Shown piece by piece: positions 16,719 to 24,631 of a stretch of 32,000 nt of DNA. Origin of the DNA: Pyrobaculum calidifontis JCM 11548 (lineage in GTDB: Archaea; Thermoproteota; Thermoprotei; Thermoproteales; Thermoproteaceae); NCBI RefSeq assembly GCF_000015805.1, contig NC_009073.1:1740001-1772000 (forward strand), given 5' to 3'. Position 1 is the stretch's first letter. The number at the start of each line of letters is the position of its first letter. Below the pieces are notes generated by a model. It ran no database searches and was not told the DNA's origin. It saw only the letters and a list, made by a program, of their open reading frames with translations. Both the position numbers and the translations under genes were made by a program.

Positions 16719-17314
16719 CTTGACGCAATGGCCCGCCAAAAGTCCAGCTCGTAGCGCTGAATGGCCTTGGCCACGTAGATGTACTTCTCCATGTCTTCGT
16801 ACCGCCTCGCCACCTCCTCGGCTAGGCGTTCGAGTTCATGGTAGGGCCCTTTGAATATCTCTAGGAATTCCACGTGTTTTACGCCGTTGGCCCTGGCCCA
16901 CTCTGCCAGCTTTAGGCAGTTCGCCCCCCACACGGGGAGATTTACCACTAGGGCCACCGCCAAGTCGCCCAATGTGCCGTGGAGGGCTAGCCAGGAGAGG
17001 AAGTGGGTGTAGGCTACGGCGGCTGGATCTATGTCGCGCCACCGAAACTCTACGCGGAGCTCCTCGGCCAGCTTTAGCAAGGCGTTGTACGCGGCGTAGT
17101 CTCCGTCTACCAACATTTTTACAAACGTATACTCGTCGGGGGCGCGGGCCTTGGCCATGGCCACGGAAAGCGCCTTTAGGTCGTGGGGGACTATGTAGAG
17201 CTGGTTTTGGACAAACCGCCTCAGCATCTCCCAGCTGGGCCTCTCCACTGCCTTGGCAATCTCTCTATTCAAATGTTCGACCTCTTTTCTCACTGCCTCA
17301 ATTATGCTTGTCAT
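16712..17314 (-). CDS. TenA/PqqC-like (haem-oxygenase-like fold) protein
   Basis: About 200 aa, all-helical. The layout matches TenA-type proteins (..FVQNQLYIV.., ..AAVAYTHFLSWLAL.., C-terminal ..YELDFWRA), but the TenA active-site Cys is absent (VVNLPVWGAN). ATG 17314 is preferred over TTG 17323. Confidence 0.55.
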   Translation of the reverse strand: MTSIIEAVRKEVEHLNREIAKAVERPSWEMLRRFVQNQLYIVPHDLKALSVAMAKARAPDEYTFVKMLVDGDYAAYNALLKLAEELRVEFRWRDIDPAAVAYTHFLSWLALHGTLGDLAVALVVNLPVWGANCLKLAEWARANGVKHVEFLEIFKGPYHELERLAEEVARRYEDMEKYIYVAKAIQRYELDFWRAIASSI

Positions 17315-17332
17315 AAGTAGCAAATGTTATGT

Positions 17333-17340
17333 GGATAAAA
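17333..17340 (-). promoter_or_regulatory. TATA box for the TenA-like gene
   Basis: The minus strand reads TTTTATCC, centred 22.5 nt upstream of ATG 17314. Confidence 0.45.
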
Positions 17341-17501
17341 GGTTTTTCTGTTACATTTCGTGGGCCTGTTGGCTGGGGTTGGAAAAGATAGACAGAGGCG
17401 GCATGAGTTACACACCTCTTGCAAAGACTTCTCTCACAGTTACCACATCTGCGTACTTCGCGATCGCAAGTGGCGCAAAGAACCTCGTAGACCTCGACAG
17501 A

Positions 17502-18638
17502 TTAAACAAAGCTACTTAAGGGGCTTGCTGGCCTCTGTGCAGAGGTCTCGCTTCTGCGTGATAGCGGTCGGCGTAGGACGAGTCTTGGAAAATCGCGGCC
17601 GTAGATTAAGCGCAACGCCTCTCTTGCCTTCGCCGCCGCCTCCTCTACGGTGTCTGCTACAATATTCACGTAGCCCATCTTCCTCCTAGGCTTGACGTCC
17701 CTCTTCCGGTACCAGTAGACCTTGCCCAACTCCTCCAGCTGGCGTAGCGGCAACTCCTCGAGCCCCCTCCCCAGTATGTTAACCATGGCCGTGGGCTTCA
17801 CCGCGGTGGGCCCCCTCACGGGGAGACCTGCCACGGCTCTAACGTGGTTTTCAAACTGTGAAGCGTCTGTCTCTAACGTCCAGTGGCCTGTATTGTGGAC
17901 TCTTGGCGCGATCTCGTTGACTAGAATTTCGCCGTTTCGCGTCTCAAAGAACTCCACTGCCAATACCCCCACGTACTTCTGCCACTCTAAGAGGCGGTAG
18001 ACGTACTCGTAGGCCTCCTCTGGCGCCTTGGCTGGGGCAAAGTTCCACACCAATATGCCGTCGACATAGTAGTTCTGGGCCGGTGGGTAGAAGTAGACGT
18101 CCCCCCTTTCGTCTCTCACAGCAATTATTGAGAACTCTCTGGCTATATCCACGTACTCCTCCACGAGGAGCTCCCCCTCCAACTCTGCAATTGCGTCGGC
18201 CTCTCTGGGGTAGTAAAATTGCCCCTTCCCGTCGTATCCGCCCGTTGGTACTTTTATAACGGCCCTGCCCATGGACTTGGCAATTTCCAAGGCTTCGCGG
18301 CCGTCGCGCGCTATCCTCCAGGACGCAGTGGGTATTCCCAGCGACTGGAAGAGCTTCCTCTCCGCTATGCGGCCCTTCTTCACGGCGAGATAGGCCAGCG
18401 GCGGCTTGAGCTTCCCCTTCAACTCGGCGTACTCCGCCACTTTCAAGTCCACGTTTTCAAACTCAAAAGTTACGACGTCTGCCCTATCTACTTCCTCAAA
18501 GGGGTCGGCCGCCGGCCTCCCGCACGTGGCCGCTGGCGCAGAGGGGTCGTCGTGGAACACAAACTCCAGGGGGAGTCTCTGCGCCTCCCAACACATCATC
18601 AACGCCAGCTGGCCACCGCCCAGCGTAAACAGACGCAT
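17502..18638 (-). CDS. purK: N5-carboxyaminoimidazole ribonucleotide synthase (ATP-grasp)
   Basis: MRLFTLGGGQLALMM.. N-terminus and ATP-grasp core (..AVIKVPTGGYDGKGQ.., ..LLVEEYV.., ..LVNEIAPRVHNTGHWT..). Divergent from purE. ATG 18638 is supported by a TATA box at 23.5 nt. Confidence 0.88.
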   Translation of the reverse strand: MRLFTLGGGQLALMMCWEAQRLPLEFVFHDDPSAPAATCGRPAADPFEEVDRADVVTFEFENVDLKVAEYAELKGKLKPPLAYLAVKKGRIAERKLFQSLGIPTASWRIARDGREALEIAKSMGRAVIKVPTGGYDGKGQFYYPREADAIAELEGELLVEEYVDIAREFSIIAVRDERGDVYFYPPAQNYYVDGILVWNFAPAKAPEEAYEYVYRLLEWQKYVGVLAVEFFETRNGEILVNEIAPRVHNTGHWTLETDASQFENHVRAVAGLPVRGPTAVKPTAMVNILGRGLEELPLRQLEELGKVYWYRKRDVKPRRKMGYVNIVADTVEEAAAKAREALRLIYGRDFPRLVLRRPLSRRSETSAQRPASPLSSFV

Positions 18639-18657
18639 GTGTGCGTTGAAGTAAACG

Positions 18658-18665
18658 TTTAAAAG
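18658..18665 (-). promoter_or_regulatory. TATA box for purK
   Basis: The minus strand reads CTTTTAAA, centred 23.5 nt upstream of ATG 18638. Confidence 0.5.
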
Positions 18666-18709
18666 ATTGTCGATGGCGGCATCCACGTTATCGTGAGAAT
18701 TTTAAACAA

Positions 18710-18717
18710 TTTATAAA
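18710..18717 (+). promoter_or_regulatory. TATA box for purE
   Basis: TTTATAAA is centred 23.5 nt upstream of ATG 18737. Confidence 0.5.
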
Positions 18718-18736
18718 TGGACAAAATACTACGCCT

Positions 18737-19216
18737 ATGCGGGTGGCGGTAATCATGGGGTCAATAAACGACTTAGAGGTAATGAAGGAGGCGTTTGAAG
18801 TGTTGGAACAACTGGGCATACCCTACGAGGCGAGGGTCGTAAGCGCCCACAGAACCCCAGACTACATGCTCCAATTTGCAAAAGAGGCGGAGAAGGAGTT
18901 CGACGTAATTATAGCTGGAGCAGGCGGCGCGGCGCATCTGCCCGGCATGACCGCCTCGCTGACCCCACTCCCAGTTATCGGCGTCCCAATTCCCACCAAG
19001 CACTTGGGGGGCCTCGACTCTCTGTTGTCCATAGTGCAGATGCCGAGGGGCACGCCAGTTGCCACTGTGGCGATTGGCAACGCGGCCAACGCGGCCTACC
19101 TCGCCGCAAGGATACTGGGCGTAAAATACCCAGAGGTTCGGGAGAGGGTTAGAGAGCACATGGCCAAGATGCGGGAGGACGTTCTCCGCTCGTCATTTAT
19201 CAAGAGGTGGCCTTAG
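18737..19216 (+). CDS. purE: N5-CAIR mutase / AIR carboxylase catalytic subunit
   Basis: VAVIMGSxxD, [24 protein letters not shown]. Confidence 0.92.
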   Translation: MRVAVIMGSINDLEVMKEAFEVLEQLGIPYEARVVSAHRTPDYMLQFAKEAEKEFDVIIAGAGGAAHLPGMTASLTPLPVIGVPIPTKHLGGLDSLLSIVQMPRGTPVATVAIGNAANAAYLAARILGVKYPEVRERVREHMAKMREDVLRSSFIKRWP

Positions 19217-20338
19217 GCACAGCGTACAAAGCCTCTTCCCTACAGCTTTTTCCACCTCCTCAGCCTCTAGGTGGACTATGCTGTCCACCTCTAGCGCCTC
19301 TGCCACTTCGCGGGGGGTCAAGTGGTTGTAGATCATGTGGCTCTCCGGCGGCGTCTTAACGCCGTATGGGCAACTCCTCCTAAGCGGGGGAGAGGCCACG
19401 GCGACGTGGATCTCCCTAGCCCCCGCCTTGCCTCTCAACATCTGTGTCATCTGTCTGATTGTGATGCCGCTTATGACGCTGTCGTCCACAAGCATAACCC
19501 TCTTCCCCTTCACCACCGCCTTGACTACATTGGCCTTCAGCTGAATCACGGCTAGCCTTTCCTTTACCTCGTCTAAAAGGGCACTCCTTCCCCTAGCCGT
19601 TGCCACAAAGGCAAGCGGGCTCCATACGCCGAGCCGCCTGGCAAGCGCCGAGGCGTAGAACATCCCCGTCTCAGGCACACCTATGGCCACGTCTACCTCG
19701 GCCCTGGTCTTCTCAGCCAAGGCCTCGGCTAGTTTGGCCCTCGTCTCTGCCACCTCTACGCCATCTATGACGTTGTCTAGCCTCGACGCGTAGAGGACCT
19801 CCAAGGCGCAGAGCTCCCCCGCCTCGCCTCCGCTCGCCGACTCTACGCCAAAGCTGTGGATTTTGAGTAATTCGCCCCCGAGGAGGCTCCTCCTGACTTC
19901 GCCCCCCAGCACCTCCACCACGGCGGCCTCCGTGGCGACTATGGCAAAGTCGAAGCCGTGAACCCCCACGGCTAAGTGCCAGAGCCTGGGCGGCCTATAC
20001 GCGTACACCGCCCCGTCTTTGGTCAATGCCACATATGCCGTGGCGCTAGGCCTCTCGCCAGGCACAGGCTCCTCTCTGCCGAATTTGCAGATTACGCCCC
20101 CGTCGACCTCTTTACAGCAGTCCTCCACGTAGACGCAACCCACCGCCGCGGCGCCGGGGGCTGACCCCTCACCCTCCCTTGACAGGTCCACTTCGAGCCG
20201 CCGAATTTCGCCGTTGTTGTACACATACGCAACAGCCACGTCGCCGCGGTTTGACATCGCCTTGAGGCCGTAGTAGAGGAAGGGGTACAGGTCTATCCCC
20301 CCGCCGAAGTGGTATATGGCGAAGAGCCCGGCGGACAT
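19193..20338 (-). CDS. Amidophosphoribosyltransferase paralog lacking the N-terminal Cys nucleophile (PurF-like)
   Basis: [20 protein letters not shown] aligns to the PurF N-terminus, with Cys1 replaced. It retains the PRPP loop [16 protein letters not shown] and the Cys positions [13 protein letters not shown] and CTLC. Its ATG lies 1 nt after the purD stop. Confidence 0.8.
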   Translation of the reverse strand: MSAGLFAIYHFGGGIDLYPFLYYGLKAMSNRGDVAVAYVYNNGEIRRLEVDLSREGEGSAPGAAAVGCVYVEDCCKEVDGGVICKFGREEPVPGERPSATAYVALTKDGAVYAYRPPRLWHLAVGVHGFDFAIVATEAAVVEVLGGEVRRSLLGGELLKIHSFGVESASGGEAGELCALEVLYASRLDNVIDGVEVAETRAKLAEALAEKTRAEVDVAIGVPETGMFYASALARRLGVWSPLAFVATARGRSALLDEVKERLAVIQLKANVVKAVVKGKRVMLVDDSVISGITIRQMTQMLRGKAGAREIHVAVASPPLRRSCPYGVKTPPESHMIYNHLTPREVAEALEVDSIVHLEAEEVEKAVGKRLCTLCLRPPLDK

Positions 20339-20339
20339 G

Positions 20340-21785
20340 TTAAAACTCGTACACCTCCACCCCCCCTCCAGGCCTCCAGACTATCCTCCGCTTGTCGAGG
20401 CCCCGGCCCCTCCTCCACTTGTACACCGCTCTCACAAGCTCGGCCTTCTCTGCCATGGCCTTTAGATACCAGGGAGACGCAATGTCGGACCTGTGGAAGA
20501 GCCCCTCGCCCCTCACAGCTGCGGCACATCGCTCAACGCGGCGGTACGCCTCCTCTGGCGTATCTCCATGTGCCAACACCTCAACGGCGCGGGAGCCCAA
20601 GGTCACGTATCCCCCCTCCGGCGATTCCACGGCCGAGCCGAAGAAGACGAGGCATCCCTCCCTCTTGACTAAGTCCCAGTCTATCCAAAACCTCAGGCCC
20701 TTGGCCAACTCGCGGCTCTGAGGATAGCCCAGGGGGGCAAAGGCCTTTACCACCGTGTACCCTCCTTTAAACCTCCTCTCGGCCCCGGCGAGCCTTCCCT
20801 CGGCTGCTCTTTTAAACAGGTCGTAGGCGTCGCCGTCGTAGAGGAACAAGGCGTTTACCGCCTCGGGGTCGCCCAGCCTGGCGTAGTACTCAATCACCAC
20901 GGGCCCCCGCGCCGTGAGCATCATTTGCCCGCTTAAGGCGCCCACGTACTTTACGCCGAACTCCCTCCCAACGGCCTCCACAGTAGCTCTCACGGCCTCT
21001 ACTGCCTCCTCCACCTCCGCATCCTCTATGAAGGGCAATGGGGAAAGGGAGCCCATGCCTCCGCACTCTGGGCCAAGCCCCAGCTCGTAGGCGTGGGGGT
21101 TGTCTTGCACGGGGGGCAGGGGGAAGACGAAGTCCCCATCGGTGAGAGTCTGCACGGTGTACTCAACTCCCCACACCGCCTCCTCCACCAGCACGGCCTC
21201 CTCCACGTCGCCGTAGTGGCGTAGCTGTTCCTTGACCTCAGCCGCGCCTCTTGTCACCACTTCGTCGAAAGCCCCGTCGAGGTACTTGGCGTCGCCGTAC
21301 ACCACTCTGACCCCCTTGCCCCCCGCCTGCCTAATGGGCTTAATGGCCACAGAGCCCAACGCCTTGGCAAAAGAGTAGGCATCTTCAACTTCCTTAAACA
21401 CTCCGTATATTAAGCGGCCGGGTATTCGGTACTTCCACTGAAGAGACCTAGCCACGTCCTTCCGCATCTCCACCACAGCCGCCTTAGCCGAAGCGCCGAA
21501 GGTCAAAAACCCTGCCTCCCTAAGCGCGTCGGCAACTCCCGCAAATAGGGGCTCCTCAGGCCCAATTATCACTAAGTCGGGCGAGACCTCCTCGGCAACT
21601 TTAACCACCTCGCCGGGGGACGTGGTCTTCACTACCCTGTGCCAGCCCCCAGTCTCCTTAGCCAATTGCACAAGGCCCGGGTTGGGGTGCCCCACCGCCG
21701 CGTATATCCTCGCCCCGCTCTTTGCAACAGCCCACGCAATCGCGTGCTCTCTAGCCCCATCCCCCACCACTAAGACCTTCTCCAT
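20340..21785 (-). CDS. purD: Phosphoribosylamine-glycine ligase
   Basis: MEKVLVVGDGAREHAIAWA.., ATP-grasp core, ..GGMGS... 481 aa, with about 45 extra C-terminal residues relative to bacterial PurD. Confidence 0.92.
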   Translation of the reverse strand: MEKVLVVGDGAREHAIAWAVAKSGARIYAAVGHPNPGLVQLAKETGGWHRVVKTTSPGEVVKVAEEVSPDLVIIGPEEPLFAGVADALREAGFLTFGASAKAAVVEMRKDVARSLQWKYRIPGRLIYGVFKEVEDAYSFAKALGSVAIKPIRQAGGKGVRVVYGDAKYLDGAFDEVVTRGAAEVKEQLRHYGDVEEAVLVEEAVWGVEYTVQTLTDGDFVFPLPPVQDNPHAYELGLGPECGGMGSLSPLPFIEDAEVEEAVEAVRATVEAVGREFGVKYVGALSGQMMLTARGPVVIEYYARLGDPEAVNALFLYDGDAYDLFKRAAEGRLAGAERRFKGGYTVVKAFAPLGYPQSRELAKGLRFWIDWDLVKREGCLVFFGSAVESPEGGYVTLGSRAVEVLAHGDTPEEAYRRVERCAAAVRGEGLFHRSDIASPWYLKAMAEKAELVRAVYKWRRGRGLDKRRIVWRPGGGVEVYEF

Positions 21786-21804
21786 GGCCTCCTTAAAACA
21801 TCCA

Positions 21805-21812
21805 TTTAAAAA
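21805..21812 (-). promoter_or_regulatory. TATA box for purD and the purF-like gene
   Basis: The minus strand reads TTTTTAAA, centred 23.5 nt upstream of ATG 21785. Confidence 0.5.
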
Positions 21813-21846
21813 TATGGCGGAGAGACATAAGACGCCGTCGGGTTAC

Positions 21847-21854
21847 TTTAATTA
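21847..21854 (+). promoter_or_regulatory. TATA box for purC
   Basis: TTTAATTA is centred 24.5 nt upstream of ATG 21875. A second box, CATTTAAAG at 21858-21866, would instead serve ATG 21884. Confidence 0.4.
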
Positions 21855-21874
21855 AACATTTAAAGACAGAAGAG

Positions 21875-22597
21875 ATGGGTTTCATGGAGTTAGTCTATGA
21901 GGGAAAGGCCAAGGCTGTCTATAAGACTAGAGAGGGGTTGCTCATGGTCTTCAAAGACGAGGTAACAGCTGGGGATGGCGCTAGGCGTGACAAGGCCCCT
22001 GGCAAGGGCGCCCTCGCGGCAGAGACCTCCACCCTCCTATTTCAATATCTCCAGGGCCGCGGGGTGACCACCCACTACCTAATGTTTGTCCCTCCCAACG
22101 CCATTTTAGTTAAGCCGGCCCAAGTGCCGCCGCTGGAGGTCATAGTGCGGTTTAAGGCCTACGGGAGCTACCTCAAGCGCATGCCTAAGGCGAAGCCCCT
22201 GACCCCCTTTGCAAAGCCCATAGTGGAGTTCCACTACAAAGACGACTCGCTCCACGACCCCCTAATCCTCGAAGACGACGTAGTGGAGGCCGGCTTGCTC
22301 ACGGCGGGAGAGCTCGCCGCGGTAAAAGACATGGCGCTCAGAGCCGCGTCGGCCTTGAGAGAGCTATACGCAAGCGTAGACTGCGACTTTGTAGACGTGA
22401 AGTTTGAGTTTGGGCGCGTCGGCGGAGAGCTCGTCCTCGTGGACGAGGTGTCCGGCGATACATTCCGCTTGCTCTGCGGCGGCGAGCACTTCGACAAAGA
22501 GTACTACCGTAAGACGGGGGATGCGGTGGGCCTTGTGGAGCGGTACGCCAAGTTGCTTGAACTTACAAAACTAGCCCTAAGCCGTCAAAAGGTCTGA
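21875..22597 (+). CDS. purC: SAICAR synthetase
   Basis: LVYEGKAKAVY.., FKDEVTAGDG, and ..LVLVDEVS.DT.R.. typical of PurC. Confidence 0.9.
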   Translation: MGFMELVYEGKAKAVYKTREGLLMVFKDEVTAGDGARRDKAPGKGALAAETSTLLFQYLQGRGVTTHYLMFVPPNAILVKPAQVPPLEVIVRFKAYGSYLKRMPKAKPLTPFAKPIVEFHYKDDSLHDPLILEDDVVEAGLLTAGELAAVKDMALRAASALRELYASVDCDFVDVKFEFGRVGGELVLVDEVSGDTFRLLCGGEHFDKEYYRKTGDAVGLVERYAKLLELTKLALSRQKV

Positions 22598-22826
22598 GAG
22601 TAGAGCCATGTCTAAGCTGAACATTAAGGCTGAGCAAGCGTTTGGGTGGAGAAACGGGCTACTCATGGGCCAAAGTTATACGCATCTGCTACGCCGTCGT
22701 ATACAAACATCAAAGTTTATTGCCTATTAGGCAGGAAAAAATAGCGTTTCTCACTTTTCCACCGTCGGCTAATCGCTGGCTCATTAATTGTCTACTTAAA
22801 ACGTTGCCCAGACGACGTTGGTAAAG

Positions 22827-22834
22827 TATAAATA
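22827..22834 (+). promoter_or_regulatory. TATA box for purN-folD
   Basis: TATAAATA is centred 25.5 nt upstream of GTG 22856. Confidence 0.5.
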
Positions 22835-22855
22835 CAATTAATTGGTTGCTTAAAC

Positions 22856-23689
22856 GTGAAGGTGGGCGTCTTGGCGTCGTGGCGTGGGTCGAATTTTAAG
22901 GCGATTATGGACCACATACGCCTCGGCGTCCTCCGCGGCGTTGAAGTGCCCGTGTTAATATACAGTGACGAGAATGCGCCGGTTAGAGAGATTGCGGAGA
23001 AGTACGGAATGGAGGCGCGCTATGTGCGCCATAGGGGTGTCCCCAGGGCTGTGCGGGAGGAGGAGATGGCTGAGGTTTTAAAGAGCCATGGGGTAGAGGT
23101 GGTGGCTTTGGCGGGCTACGACTACATCTTAAGCGGGGGGTTTATATCTAGGTTCCGCCTCGTCCTCAACATACACCCCTCGTTGCTCCCCTTCGCGGGG
23201 GGAAAGGGGATGTATGGGCTAAGGGTGCATCAAGAGGTCTTTAGGGCTGGGGTCAAGGTGACGGGGCCCACGGTCCACGTAGTTGACGACTCCGTCGATG
23301 GGGGGCCTATAGTTGATCAGTGGCCTGTCTACATCGGCGACGTGTATGCCCTTCCACTTCCCCCCGAGGAGAAGGTGCAGATAATCGCCGACAGAGTGTT
23401 GATCTTTGAGCATAGGCTTTACTCGAGGGTCCTACAAGCGGTGGCAGACGGGAGGCTTGAGCTTGTGGAAGAGGTGGTTAAAGTGCCCAGGGTGTATGAA
23501 GAGGGGGGCAGGCTGAGGGTGGAGGAGGTGGAGGCGAGGGCGGTCAGGACGGTGCTTAAGGTGGACGAGGCGTGGGAGAGGCAGTGGGCCGAGAGGCAGA
23601 GGGCCTATGTGGAATACCAGTTGAAGGAGTGGGAGAGCAGGCTTGGGGGCAGGCTCGCCCTCGTGTTGCCGCCATGGTTACGTGGATGA
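22856..23689 (+). CDS. purN: Phosphoribosylglycinamide formyltransferase with a roughly 50-residue C-terminal extension
   Basis: VGVLASWRGSNF, NIHPSLLP, TVHVVDDSVDGGPI. At 277 aa it is longer than the roughly 210 aa of bacterial PurN. Confidence 0.88.
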   Translation: MKVGVLASWRGSNFKAIMDHIRLGVLRGVEVPVLIYSDENAPVREIAEKYGMEARYVRHRGVPRAVREEEMAEVLKSHGVEVVALAGYDYILSGGFISRFRLVLNIHPSLLPFAGGKGMYGLRVHQEVFRAGVKVTGPTVHVVDDSVDGGPIVDQWPVYIGDVYALPLPPEEKVQIIADRVLIFEHRLYSRVLQAVADGRLELVEEVVKVPRVYEEGGRLRVEEVEARAVRTVLKVDEAWERQWAERQRAYVEYQLKEWESRLGGRLALVLPPWLRG

Positions 23690-24612
23690 GCGGCAAGCCG
23701 CTTCACGAGAAGACGAAGGAGTGGGCGCGGCGGCATGTACGGCTTTTGGAGGAGGTCGGCGTTACGCCTAAGCTCGCCGTGTTGCTCCTCAACGACGACC
23801 CAGTGGAGCTGGAGACTCAGCGGAGGTACGTATCGCTGAAGGCTAGAGACGTGAGAGAGGTGGGGGGCGAGGTGGAGATATACGAGCTCGTGGACGTGCC
23901 GCCGGAGAGGCGGAGTAAGGAGGCGCTCTACCTAATAGAGAGGCTGAATAGGAGAGACGACGTAACTGGCATACTTATACAAAAGCCCGTTCCGCCCTTT
24001 GTGGATGAAGATCTCCTCTTCCAGAGGCTAAGCCCTGAGAAAGACGTAGACGCGCTGACCCCCGAGAACAAGAAGAGGTTGTTGGCTCTCTTTGACCTAG
24101 ATCGGGACCTCTTGCCTTGTACCCCCGCTGGCATATTAGAGTTGCTTCAGATGTACGGCGTAGAGGTAAAGGGGAGGGACGTGACGGTGGTGGGGAAGGG
24201 TGAGCTAGTGGGCAAGCCTCTCGCAGTCATGCTCATGCAGTTGGACGCCTCAGTCTCCGTGCTCCACGCCTTGACGAGAGACAAGCTCCGCTACGTCAAA
24301 GAGGCAGACATCGTCATATCCGCAGTGGGAAGGCCACCTGAGCTGTACCGCGACAACCCCTGGCGCCTCACGGGGGACATGGTCAAGGAGGGCGCCGTGG
24401 TGGTGGGTGTTGGGGGGAAGGTGGACCCCGCCACAGGCAAGTGGTACTTCGACGTAGACGAGAAGTCTGTGGCAGAGAAGGCCTCCTACCTAACCCCCAA
24501 CCTAGGGGGCGTGGGCCTCGCCACCAGGGCCCGTCTGTTGAAAAACTTAATCCGCGCCTCATACAACGTGGCTAGGGCAACTGCCGCGCCTAGACTGTTA
24601 AAAGCTTTTTAA
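23686..24612 (+). CDS. folD: Bifunctional methylenetetrahydrofolate dehydrogenase/cyclohydrolase
   Basis: ..LAVLLLNDDP.., ..VTVVGKGELVGKPLAVML.., ..TPNLGGVGLAT... ATG 23686 forms an ATGA overlap with the purN stop. ORF-track start 23572 is rejected because it overlaps the purN coding frame. Confidence 0.85.
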   Translation: MSGKPLHEKTKEWARRHVRLLEEVGVTPKLAVLLLNDDPVELETQRRYVSLKARDVREVGGEVEIYELVDVPPERRSKEALYLIERLNRRDDVTGILIQKPVPPFVDEDLLFQRLSPEKDVDALTPENKKRLLALFDLDRDLLPCTPAGILELLQMYGVEVKGRDVTVVGKGELVGKPLAVMLMQLDASVSVLHALTRDKLRYVKEADIVISAVGRPPELYRDNPWRLTGDMVKEGAVVVGVGGKVDPATGKWYFDVDEKSVAEKASYLTPNLGGVGLATRARLLKNLIRASYNVARATAAPRLLKAF

Positions 24613-24613
24613 G
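24606..24613 (+). promoter_or_regulatory. TATA box for the coiled-coil/PD-(D/E)xK gene, overlapping the folD stop codon
   Basis: TTTTTAAG is centred 22.5 nt upstream of GTG 24632. Confidence 0.45.
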
Positions 24614-24631
24614 ACAAGCCCCCTCTACATT

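Noticed and set aside
17253-17689. + strand ORFs 17253-17519 and 17360-17689
   Set aside because: They overlap the TenA-like start and promoter and the purK 3' end. They are low-complexity and lie antisense to better-supported frames.
22642-22824. 60-aa + strand ORF in the purC-purN spacer
   Set aside because: It has poor composition and no promoter at the right distance, and it runs into the purN TATA box.
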